Source: Phaeosaccion multiseriatum
Taxonomy: Eukaryota; Protista; Ochrophyta, other classes
Reading direction: 5' to 3'
DNA: 64,000 nt
NCBI GenBank assembly: GCA_965112735.1
Contig: OZ218954.1
Location: forward strand, 2,170,001-2,234,000
Every line of letters starts with the position of its first letter. Position 1 is the first letter of the stretch. This document shows positions 36,811 to 48,462 of the stretch, piece by piece. A program made the position numbers and the translations under genes. The notes beneath the pieces are model-generated. The model was not told where the DNA came from. It worked only from the letters and a program-made list of their open reading frames with translations, and did not search any database.

Positions 36811-39800
36811 ATGGCGACCTCAAAAGCCATGCGAATCGTGGCGCTCGCGACTCTCCTCGTCGTGATGCGCTCTGAGGTGGAGGCCCGACGAGGGCTGAGA
36901 CAGGTGCCCGCCGCCAGGAAGCTGCAGCCTGCCGGGGACTCAGACGGAGACGGTCTCCTCGACGTGGAGGTGAGTGGAGAGAGAGAGGAGCGGAATGATT
37001 CTGCTCCATTAGCAAAATACTTTTCTCTTGCGTGTGGCAAACGGGTTTGCCTCGGCAGTCAATGTGCGAAGGGGTTCGAGGCTGATTGCTCGTGTGTAGA
37101 TGGAAGGGCGCAGATGATGGTGTAGACTGTTGCTTGGGGGTGCGCCCTGCGCCATCAAGGAGAATGTTCTGTCCGCTCAGCCCTCGTCAGGCACGTTTGA
37201 AAACTCTTCGATCGTGGGTCTGCCTTGTTGGCTTGTTCGGCTTTGCATTCACTCATTTCTCGCTCCCTTCACTCATTTCTCGTTCTTACACTGCTGCTCT
37301 GCCCACGCACATACCCGGCCGTCCGCTCGCCCGCCCCCCTGCAGGAGGAGAATGGTATCTACATTGGAGGCGATCCCGACATGGCGGTGGCTCTCGGGTC
37401 GAACGTGAAGCTGTACCCAGGGCAGACGTTCACGGGTGTGTACGACCGTGGCAGCCCGAACTACGGTGTGTGGGTCAAGTTCGACCCCGACTCAGCCTGC
37501 AGCGCCGTGTGCCAGTACCTCGGAGTGGAGTCTGACTTGCAGGCCCTGGCCGCAATGCAGCAGGTACGATCGATTTTCGCTGGTCCGTTCGCGGCCCTAC
37601 TCCTCCACTCCTGCCGCTGCTCCTCCTGTTTGCGTGTGCCCCTCCCGGCCACGCGCTCCTCTCCAACTAAACTAACCCACCCCGCTCTCCCGTCTGCCTG
37701 TCCCCCAACAGTCCAGCGAGGACTTCTGCACCACGCAGGGCATCCCCGGCGACATCTGCTACAGCGGTTACCCCGGTAGCGAAGTGCCGGCTTTCCCCTA
37801 CCACCCCAACACACTCGATTCGGACATTGAGGATGAGCCCACTGCAGTGACGTACACGGGTGGAGTGTCCTCCGACGACACGGAAACCGTACCCGCGGTG
37901 ACCCCCGCGACGCCGCACCCGGTGGTTATCATCCCCACCACCGCCCCTTCGACAGCCGGCACTGAGCCACCCACGGCCGGCGGAGGAGGAGGAGGAGGAG
38001 GAGATGACTCGGGCGACGGAAGCGGACCTACCCCTACCCCGGCAGCGGGTGGAGGGGGAGGAGGGGACTCCACTGATACCACTGAGCCACCCACGGCCAG
38101 CGGAGGAGGAGGAGGAGGAGGAGGAGATGACTCGGGCGACGGAAGCGGACCTACCCCTACCCCGGCAGCGGGTGGAGGAGGAGGAGGGGACTCCACTGAT
38201 ACCACTGAGCCACCCACGGCCAGCGGAGGAGGAGGAGGAGGAGGAGGAGATGACTCGGGCGACGGAAGCGGACCTACCCCTACCCCGGCAGCGGGTGGAG
38301 GGGGAGGAGGGGACTCCACTGATACCACTGAGCCACCCACGGCCAGCGGAGGAGGAGGAGGAGGAGGAGATGACTCGGGCGACGGAAGCGGACCTACCCC
38401 TACCCCGGCAGCGGGTGGAGGGGGAGGAGGGGACTCCACTGATACCACTGAGCCACCAAGCGGAGGAGGAGGAGGAGGAGGAGATGACTCGGGCGACGGA
38501 AGCGGACCTACCCCTACCCCGGCAGCGGGTGGAGGGGGAGGAGGGGACTCCACTGATACAACTGAGCCACCCACGGCCAGCGGAGGAGGAGGAGGAGATG
38601 ACAGCACCGACCCCCCTGCTGCAGGAGGAGGAGGAGGGGGAGGAGATGACTCGAGCGACCCCAGCGGCCCTACCCCAACACCCACCGTGGCTGAGACGGT
38701 CGCCCCTACTGATAGTGAAGGATTGACCGTGGGGGGTGAGACGCTCGCTCCTACGTCGTCGCGCGGAGGGTTGGACAGCGGTGACAGCACCGATGGTGAG
38801 GGAGGAAGCCCCACACCCACCCCAAGCACTTCGGGAGGAGACGGCGGAGGAGGAGGAGCAACTGACTCACCTGTCGCAGCTGAGACCTTCGCGCCCACTA
38901 ACAGCGCTGGCGAGACGGCGGGTGGCGAGACGCTGGCACCCAGTGCCGCAGCTGAGACCTTCGCACCCACTAACAGCGCTGGTGAGACTGCGGGCGGCGA
39001 GACGCTGGCACCCAGCGCAGCAAGCGGAGGAGGAGGAGGAGGAGCAACTGACACCCCTGTCGCAGCAGAGACCTTCGCGCCCACCAACAGCGCTGGCGAG
39101 ACGGCGGGTGGCGAGACGCTGGCACCCAGTGCCGCAGCTGAGACCTTCGCCCCTACTAACAGCGACGGCCTGACAGCGGGCGGTGAGACTCTGGCTCCTA
39201 CGAGCTCGCGAGGAGGACTTGGCCCCATCGGCGACGACGACACCACCGGGGACGACGTCACCACTGCTCCCAGTATGACGCCCACGCAGGTAACGTAAAG
39301 GTTGGGTTGTTGTGTGGTGTGTGCAGCACACCATCTCGATGATTCTTCCTTTTTTCTCTACTGACTTGCTTTTTTTTGCCTTGATTATTTTTTTGCTTGC
39401 CCTGATCAAAGTCATAACACTTTTTAATACCCCTGATGATTTTGTGATGGGCGTTCATTTTGTTCACTTCACTCCTCGTCTTTCGGTCCTGCTCGTACAT
39501 ACCCCCAACTTACCACATTTTTCTTGCCCCTTTCCCTCACCCTTCTTCGTCCCTCCTCAGGCCCCGACCAACGCCGACGGCATCACTGCTGATGGAGGAA
39601 CCAACGCCCCCGTGATGGCCGACTCCGGGGACTCCTCTACTGCCGCTCCCACCGACTCCGACGGCATTACTGCAGGAGGAGGCACTATTGCTCCTTCGAT
39701 GGCGCCCGCCACTCTGGTAAGTTATCGTGTCTTCTACGTTTGTTTTTATTTGTTTTCATTCAGTTTCACCTTAGATTGAGTGATGGGCGTTCCCTCCCTT

Positions 39801-41059
39801 CACTCCCTTTCTTTCGGTCGTTCTTGCTGCGGCCTTACATCTCTCAATTTTTTATTTTTTTTTCTTGTCGTTGTCCGACTTACCTCTGCGACACGTTCTT
39901 CCTCCTTCTTCCTCAGGCACCGACCAACGCCGACGGCATCACTGCTGATGGAGGAACCAACGCCCCCGTGATGGCCGACTCCGGGGACTCCTCTACTGTC
40001 GCTCCCACCGACTCCGACGGCATTACTGCAGGAGGAGGCACTATTGCTCCTTCGATGGCGCCCGCCACTCTGGTAAGTTATCGTGTGTCACCATTGATTA
40101 CTTTTACGTTTGTTTTTACTGGTTTTCATTTCAGTTTCACCTTCACCTTTGATTGAGTGGAAACCTCCCTTCACTCTCTTTCTCCGTCGTTCTCGCTGCG
40201 GCCTTACATCTCTCAATTTTTCCCGTTGTTTTTCTTGTCTTTGTCCGACACTCCTCTACGACACGTTATCCTCCTTCTTCCTCAGGCACCGACCAACGCT
40301 GACGGCATCACTGCTGATGGAGGAACCAACGCCCCCGTCATGGACATGGCAACTGCATCGCCTACCAACAGTGAGGGCTTGACTGAGGGCGGAAACACTC
40401 TTGCGCCATCTATGGATGATGAAGCCACCATGGCACCCACCAACAGTGAGGGCCTGACTGAGGGCGGAAACACTCTTGCGCCATCTATGGATGATGACGC
40501 CACCATGGCACCCACCAACAGTGAGGGCCTGACTGAGGGCGGAAACACCCTTGCGCCATCTATGGATGATGAAGCCACCATGGCACCCACTGGTAGCCGC
40601 GGTGGAATTACGTTCCCCACTACTGACGACGAGACCGACGAGACCCCTCCTCCAACTGATGAGAACGGCTTGACCGAGAACGGTGGAACGCTCAGCCCTG
40701 CCATGACCAGCATGGAGACCGCCGCTCCGACCAACGCCGATGGCATTACCGCAGGAGGAGGCACCCTGAGCCCTGAGGCCATGACGACCCAAGCCCCGAC
40801 AAACGAGGACGGCATGACGATCGATGGCGGCTTTGTGACCGCTAGCCCTACGCCCTCTCCTACCGAGGGAGGAGTCGGGCCCGGGGGGGAGGGACCGCCC
40901 ACGACTCCTCAGTCGGGAGGCGGTGGAGGGAACAACGGACTCTCGGACGGAGAGGTTGCCGGAGTGACAGTGGGCGTGGTCGGTGGAGTGGCGCTCATCG
41001 GCAGTGTGGGATACCTGGCCAGCAAGGGCGCAGCAGGCGCTGCCGCCAGCTCCGTATAG
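36811..41059 (+). CDS. Mucin/adhesin-like type I membrane glycoprotein (~1013 aa, 6 exons)
   Basis: Exons 36811-36969, 37345-37563, 37712-39289, 39561-39716, 39917-40072, 40286-41059, all junctions phase 0. Signal peptide, small Cys-containing N-terminal domain, Thr/Pro/Gly/Asp repeats, TM segment VAGVTVGVVGGVALIGSVGYLA and a very short tail. Confidence 0.88.
37961..38580 (+). repeat. ~120-bp coding tandem repeat, 5 copies (TEPPTASGnDDSGDGSGPTPTPAAGnDSTDT)
   Basis: Near-identical units that differ mainly in (GGA)n length. Confidence 0.9.
39550..40345 (+). repeat. Tandem exon-plus-intron duplication (~360-bp period)
   Basis: 156-nt exons 39561-39716 and 39917-40072 are nearly identical. Both following introns begin gtaagttatcgtgt and are similar throughout. 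The 5' end of the last exon repeats the same start. Confidence 0.9.
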
Positions 41060-42474
41060 AGGGCTTTTTGAGGCGACAGACAGATAGCAGCAACGACAGA
41101 GCAACGACAACAAGGACAACAACGGCGTCGGCACCTTGGGGTCTGAGAGGAACTGAGGGCGTCGTACATGAACCAGCGTCAACAGCAGGCACGCAGAGAG
41201 AAAGAGTATGATATATGACATGACAGAGGTCCGGGGCAAGCCGCAGCAGGGGCGCGGCTGGCCTTGATAGGGGGGGCTGGCGGGTGGGGGGGATGGGAGG
41301 AGGGTTCTTCAAACCTATTCCCATGCTACTGAACTGAATCTTATCCGGTATAATTACCACTTTTGACGTGAGTCGGTGTGCGTAGTAGGTACGGTTAGCA
41401 GTACTTTAGCAGGTAGTTATAGCTTAGCTTAGGTATTAGTCTAGGACGCATCAAGATGAAAAGCAGTACCATTTTTGCCAAACAACTCTTCCAGCGGGAC
41501 TGGTGTCTTCCGTTTTATCTTGGACAGAGGAGGGGGTTCATGGGGCTGCTTCCTACCCTTCCTCTTCCTGCACTACACATCATGGTCATGACCACAGCTA
41601 ACCTTCCTCCTCCCCATCCCGAAACTCCTACCGCCCACCCTTTGCTTCCGCGGCCCGTGCGGCCATGATGGTGGTGAAGTACTTGAGTACCATACACCCC
41701 CTCGCACATTATCACCGTCTCCACTCCTTTATGTACATGTAGGTAGCCAGTCCCTCATTCAATCTAGTAGGAGCGGCGGGGGCAGGCCAGCAAGTTGCAG
41801 CCCAGGCGAGAGTCAACGATCAGTCAACCGACCGGCCCAGGCACTCTCTCTTAACTTTCTCTCCACAAATTGGTGGTGGAGGGCCACACCTAACCAGCAA
41901 AAAAAGCTGAACAAGAAATATGCTGCTTCCAGCCAACGAACGCCCACGTCCTGACCCGAGTTTGTGAGTCCTGACAGCGAGTGAACGGGGCGGTGTGCCA
42001 TCTTACGTACTATCTTACGTGCGCGGTCTCAAATGAACCGCGCAACTTCTCTCCTGACGTCATGCAGCCCTCTGCCGACAGCTCTCAAGTACTTGAGAGC
42101 CCACACGCGAGAGAGAGGCCGTTTGACAGCACTTTGATGGATTGTAGTCAAGCAAGAAAGACTGCCGAGAGAGAAATGTTTGCCCACCCCACAACAACCG
42201 CAGAACGCAAACCTCCAGTATGAAGGCACCAAAACGCCTCAGCGTGACTGGGGGTCTCGAGCAGAGTCCCATTTGAAGATACTGGAAGATACTGCAACAC
42301 AGCAGCCGGACTGACTGACTGATTGACTGACTGCTGACCAATGTCCAAGGTGCTACATGCGCGGTGGGGTCAGTCCAGTCCAGTCCTGTTCTGTCCGGCA
42401 CCTCCCCTCCCCGCCAGCCAACGAACACAGACCAAAGATTGTGCCCCCGAGTGCCTGGCTGTTGCTTCCCCAAC

Positions 42475-42506
<32 letters not shown>

Positions 42507-43020
42507 ACCGACCCTCTCTCCAAGAGGAGGTGCGGGCCCCTCTCTCCTCTCTTGAGCGCCGGAGGATGGAACAAAGAAAAACGCACCAACGCCCTCCTCG
42601 CCCGGAGGAGGAGTAGGCAAGAAAAACACGGCCTGGCCGGAGGAAAACGGAGTCATCATCTTCCTTCGCATCGCCCCGCCTCGACTACTTCACATCATCA
42701 TCACTTGCCATTGAGAGCGCCCCTAGACTGCTTCATCATCATCATCATCAACAACATCATCATCATCCCTTGCCATTGAGAGCGCGTCCGTGGTCGGTCC
42801 CCTCTCGGGTGCGCAGCATCAACATCGCCAGCACCAGCACCAGGACCAGAAGTACGAGGAGCAGCAGTATCCGCTCCAGCAGCTGCAGCATCAGCATCAG
42901 CACCAGGATCGACACGCATCAGCAGCGCAATCTGCCATATCACCAATAGCATGCCATTGCCCATCGGACCACACGGCCCCCTTTCTTCTTCCCCTCTTTC
43001 CCTCTGTGCGGTTTCTCATC

Positions 43021-44416
43021 TCATCGCCCGCCGCGGTCCCTCCCCCCCGCCCCGCCCCCGAACGTCTTGCCTAAGAGGTTCTCTCGGTCGAATTCGTTCT
43101 CCGCGAACTTTGCCTTGTCCACCTGTCGAGCCTGCTCAAGGAAGTGCGTGCGTGTGTGCGGGAGTGTGTGCGTTTGCGGGCGTGTGTGGGGCGAGAGAGC
43201 GTAGTACAGGGAAAGGGTACGGGGAAGAGACGGAAGGAATGTCAGGGCCTGCCTCTGAGACTTGGCGCAAATCTCAAAAGACTGGAGAAGAGCCAAGCGG
43301 GTGAGACTGAAATGTAAAATGAGCTTGCAGGAGGGGGAAAGTGGGTGTGAATGTGTGAGTGAGATGAGTGTGTGATTGTGTTGGCATGTGTGAGAGTGAG
43401 TGAGAGAATGAATAAGTGAGTGAGTGAGTGAGTGAGAGTGAGTGAGAGAGTGAGTGAGTGAGTGAGTGAGTGAGTAAGTGAGTGAGTGCGCTTACCCTCT
43501 GTATGGCCCTGGCGGTGTCCGCTCTCTTGGTCTTTTGAGCCTCCACAGCGTCTCGTAAGGCCTCCTCGCCCCCCACGCCCCACACCTCTATGCAGTCGAT
43601 GTCATACCTGTGGCAATTGACACACACACATACACAGAGAGAGAACAAAAGAGAGAGGTGTGGGGGGGGGGGGGGACAGAGAGAGGGACAGAGAGAGACA
43701 GACAAACAAACAGACAGAGAGAGGGAGAGAGAGATCAACCACCACGAACCAGGAGAGAGGGACACGCGACATTGGGTTGAGAGCCGATGAGAGCCGATGA
43801 GAGCCGAGGTGCAGTAAAAAGCCCGGGGTGAATCAAATCAAACCAATGAGTGGATACTGCTTGCAATTGCAATTGCATCAAGGAAATTGCAATTGCATCA
43901 AGGAACTAACTTGCAATTGCAAACTGCATCAAGGAACTAACCTCTTGAGGTGTGACGTGAGTAGGTCGCCCCTCTCGAAGGTCATACAAGCGCCCCGAGC
44001 CACGCACTCTTCCTTCTCCAGAGACTCCGGAATGAAGAACCTGTGTGTGTGGGCACAGAAGCAAGTAGAGCCAAGGACAGTAAGGACAGCGAGCAAAGTA
44101 AAGCAAGACGAGTACAGCAAAGCGAGTACAGCAAAGCCGACCGCAGGCAACAGAGTGAGTCGCAGAGACGATTGACTATTAGACGGGCCGCCGTACCAGT
44201 GATGTGTGTGTATGTGGACCCTCAAAACCCTGTGGCCATCGTCCCTGCTGCATTCATTTTCTCCCCTCTCTTCCCTCTTTCCATGCGCGTCCTCTTCGGC
44301 ACTCGAATGGCCCATGCACATTCACTCTCCCTCTCTCTCTCGAACACACACCCACCCACATGCACACTCACCCACCTGCCCACCCACACAATTACCCACT
44401 GACACCCACACGCGCG

Positions 44417-44481
<65 letters not shown>

Positions 44482-45115
44482 CGCACCTGAAGCTGTCAGA
44501 CGTGCCCCCCATTCCCATGCCGTGCGGCAGCGCATAGGCCTTGAGGTTGAGCCACTGAAAGTGCTCCTCGCTAGCCTGCGTCTTGCTCTGCATCATCTGG
44601 GGGATTATGGGCGGCGCGGCGTGGCGTAACGGTCAACGAGAGGGCGCAGAAGCACGGAAAAGCACAGTAAAGCAGATCATAGTAGAGCACAGCAGAGCAC
44701 GGACAGCACCGTGTAGCTCGGATGACGCCCTCCCCTCCCTCCTCTCCCTCCTTCCCCTCCCCTCCCTCACTCTCCTAACCTTAAAGTTCGGTGCCAGCTG
44801 CAGAAGAAAGCCTCTCGAGGTGCCGTAAAAGTCGTTACTCTCCTTCCAAGGGCTGTCTGCGAAGCCACCGAAGACGTGCTGCTGGTGCTGCTGCTGCTGC
44901 CCCTCCGTCCCCTCTCCTCCCTCCGGACTCTTGGCCTTCTTGTCTCTGACCAGCACGATGGAGGGCCCCCCGAAGCCGATGGTGTTGAAGGCGAGGCGGT
45001 TGAAGGACATGCCGTCCTCCTCGCTTGTGTACAGACGCATCCACGGCCCCTGTGATACATTGTGCAGCATCGATCGTCCGTACAGTTTAAGGTTGACTTT
45101 TAGTTCACTTCCATC

Positions 45116-45161
<46 letters not shown>

Positions 45162-45427
45162 TAGTAGCAGCAGCAGCAGCAGCAGTACATGAGAGAGACA
45201 AAAAGGCACGAAGACTACGCGCCGAGAGGGGGGCGGGGGGGGGGGGGGGGGGGTTTCCCGGGGCACATGCCTCGGGAGTGGACGAGCGAACCTGCAAATC
45301 TTTGGATGCGATGCTCAGTCCAAACATCGCTCCAGGGACGGTGTCCAGTATGACTGTGGTGGGGCAGAGGGCGAGCGAGGAGGAGGGAGAGGGAGACGGG
45401 GGAAGGGAGAGAGAGAAGAGAGAGAAA

Positions 45428-45462
<35 letters not shown>

Positions 45463-46312
45463 CGAGAGGGGGGGAGAGGGACAGGAAGAGAGAGAAGAGC
45501 GAGAGAGGGGGAGAGGGACAGGGAGAGAAGGAGAGCGGGAGAGAGGGAGAAGGAGAGGGAGAGAAGGAGAGAAAGGGAGACAGAGAGAGAGAGGGAGGGT
45601 TGCAGTGGTGAGGACGGGCATACGTCGCATGGCATGGCTCCGCTTCGGGGGGGCGGAGAAGCTTCAAAAGGAGTAATACGCAAAGACTAGGGAAGCAGCA
45701 AACAACGCATTGGAGAGCGAAGGGAGTTTTGGTTCGTTCCACCCACCACGCGAGACTCACAGCTTGGCTTGGAAAGCTCCGGCGGATTGAAGACGGGCAG
45801 AGAAGGATTCGGGGGCGCCCCTTCCTTCGGGGGAAAGGCCTTTCGCTGCACAAAGGTGGAGAGCGTCTGATGTAGCAGTGGTACACTCTCAACCACCCAG
45901 GCACTGAGGTCCCGAAACCCCACACTTTCCTCCTGCTCCGAAAGTGCTCCTGCTGGGGCGCCAGCCGTCTTGCCCCCGTTTGTGCCACCATTGCTGGCGT
46001 GGCTGTAGCTGCTGCTGTTGTGTGTGTGGGCCCCGCTGCGATGGCAGTGACTTAGCAGATTTCCGATGAGGGTGGATGCGTCAAAGTGACGAAGGTCAAT
46101 CGATCGGCCCCAGGCTGCCAAACCACAGCAGTACGCCGCTTCAAAGAGGCGACTCAAGCCCCCCCGATCCAAGCGATCCTCCCCTGTTCGTTACCGCATA
46201 CCCCATCAGAGAAAACACAAAAGTCAGTCAGTTAGTAGTAGTAGTAGTAGTAGTAGTAGCAGCAGCAGTAGGAGGAGGAGGAGAAGGAGGAGGAGGAGGA
46301 AGGTGGGAAAGC

Positions 46313-46374
<62 letters not shown>

Positions 46375-47018
46375 CTCCGACATGCACAAAGCCCCCCCTT
46401 TTCGGATTGTGGTGCACCCCACATCGAGAGAGGGAGGCGTCTTTCGTAAGTCACCTGTGGGTCCGGCCATATCGAACAGAACTCGCAGAGTGGTGGTCCT
46501 CTTGTCCCGGCAGCACGCAGCCACTCCCAGGTACCAACCTCCTTCCGACAAGGACAAGTGCTGACTAGTAGAGGCAGTACGAGCAGAGCCCCCCTCAGTG
46601 CTCTCGCCCTCGTCCTGCCCCACCGCCCGGGCTCGGTGAGCGACCATGGCGGCGAGTAAGGCTTCTGCGAACCACGGCAGCTCGGGAATGCCCAGCAAGT
46701 CTTGGAAGACTGGTAGGTCCACGGTGGGATGTTTCTTAGCTCGCCCTCCATTGGCACCACTGCCATTCCCGTTTCCTCCTGCTGATGTGAAGGAGCTGTT
46801 GTGGGCGGCGTGGGGAACGAGAGGATTTGTGTAAGCCCCTCTTTCCATTGTCTGCTTCTTCTTCACCACTATCTAGCTCTCTCTACTCACGTGTACAAGT
46901 TCTTGAGTGATTCCTGGTCTTCTTCACGGAACGGGGCGCTCTCTTCGACCTCTGCCATCGAAGTTTGCCTTCGAAAAGAAGGGTTGCCGTTCCCTCTGGA
47001 AGACGATGAGTTGCCCAT
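43021..47018 (-). CDS. TLDc-domain protein, MEAK7/TLDC1-like, with predicted N-myristoylation (551 aa, 9 exons)
   Basis: Exons 47018-46891 (MGNSSSS), 46795-46455, 46183-45761, 45353-45292, 45049-44780, 44596-44487, 44040-43942, 43607-43496, 43131-43021. TLDc motifs WMRLYTSEEDGMSFNRL, GPSIVLVRD, VFGGFADSPW..FYG, GMGMGG, IEVWGVGG. Confidence 0.9.
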
Positions 47019-48462
47019 CCCTGCTCCTTATTCGCTCCCCTCGTTCTCTTCTTGCGCAGCTCACACAGCACCAACACTGCTGACAAGTTCAATCATGTCA
47101 GAGGAGTGACTGAGGCGGAAGGGTGTGAGAGAGAGAGAGAGAGGAAAAGAAAGAGAGAAGAAAAGTCAATGGCCCAGGCGCAAGCACGTGAGGAACCCTT
47201 CATCCGCGGCCCGACAGTGCGCTTATCGAGAATGGGCGATAGTGCGTCAGGGGTCGATATCCTCAATCTCGAGTGAGTGAGTGAGTGAGTGAGTGAGTGA
47301 GTGAGTGAGTGAGTGCGTGAGTGCGTGCTCACAACACAATTCTCTGTTGCAGACTCCTCGTTCGCTACCTCATCGTCCACCACCGGAACAGTGGCAGCGG
47401 CCTCAGCTGGGCTGATGGGCGTAGTGTAACCCAACGGGGATGGAGAAGCGTGTGTCGAAGAAGCGTGAGGGTATGAGAGGAGGGCTCAGTATAGGGCTAC
47501 TAGCAGAGGAGGTGGTACAGGTTGCAGTCTGGGGCGGGTGTGGCGAAGGAGGAAGAGGAGTCAGAGGAGGGGCAGGAGCTGCGAAGGAGATGCGTCAGTG
47601 CTTCTAGAGAAAGCGTCTGGACTTATCTATCCCCTTCTCTTACTCAAGCTCTTACTCAAGCAACCATCGCTCCCAGCACCACGGTGGGCACGCAATCCAC
47701 CTCTTTGTGTACGCTTGCCTGCATCTTGATCCTTACCATCGGATTCGCAACTCGTCTACGCATGGCTCTGCTGGCGCGTACAACGGGGCATTGGAGGGCA
47801 GGACAGGAGAGTGGAGTCTCACCTCGGGGCGTGCACCACTCACTGAAAAGCAAAGTAAAGTGTTCTTCCCTCTATTTTAAAGCGGTGGAGATCCCAAAGG
47901 GAGAGACCCGCTTGCACCCTGCTGGGGTTGCCGCAGAAAGGCGCTGTTGGCTCCTTCCTTCTTGTTTTGTCAGTGTATCTACACGGCCCAGAGCGAGCAC
48001 ACCATAGCGCTGCACCATGAACAGTCTCCAAAGGAGGAGGTTTCCGTAGGCTGCTGTCTCGCCCATGCCCCTCCTCTCGCCCGGCATTGTACCATACTGC
48101 GGCAGGATGAGTGGGCCTTCCGTCCATGTAAGAGTGGTAGAGCCCGCCGAAAGCGATCTGAAGCCCCAAGGAAGGAAAGGAGGAGGCCATCTGGGGGTGG
48201 AGGCGGGTGGGGGAAAGCAGCATGATTGCTTCCATACAGCATCCCCTCTGCTGCTCACCCCCCTGCTAAAGTCAGCCAAACGAAACGGCCAACGAACAGA
48301 CTTCCGCCCGCAGACTCCGAGCAGCCGCGCCAGCACCACTTGTCCTGAGTGTTCCTCCGCTACTCCTCCTCGCTCCCCCCCCTGCCCTCCCTCCCTCTTC
48401 CTCCCATCGTGGGAGAGAGAGAGAGAGAGCTCTATGAAACGCCTGTCCGTATCAATCTCTAT

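Noticed and set aside
37961-38580. Regularly spaced repeats resembling a CRISPR array
   Set aside because: No unique spacers; they are in-frame coding repeats in a eukaryotic gene, and no cas genes are present.
37798-39285. 495-aa minus-strand ORF
   Set aside because: Antisense shadow of the GC-rich repeat exon of the mucin-like gene.
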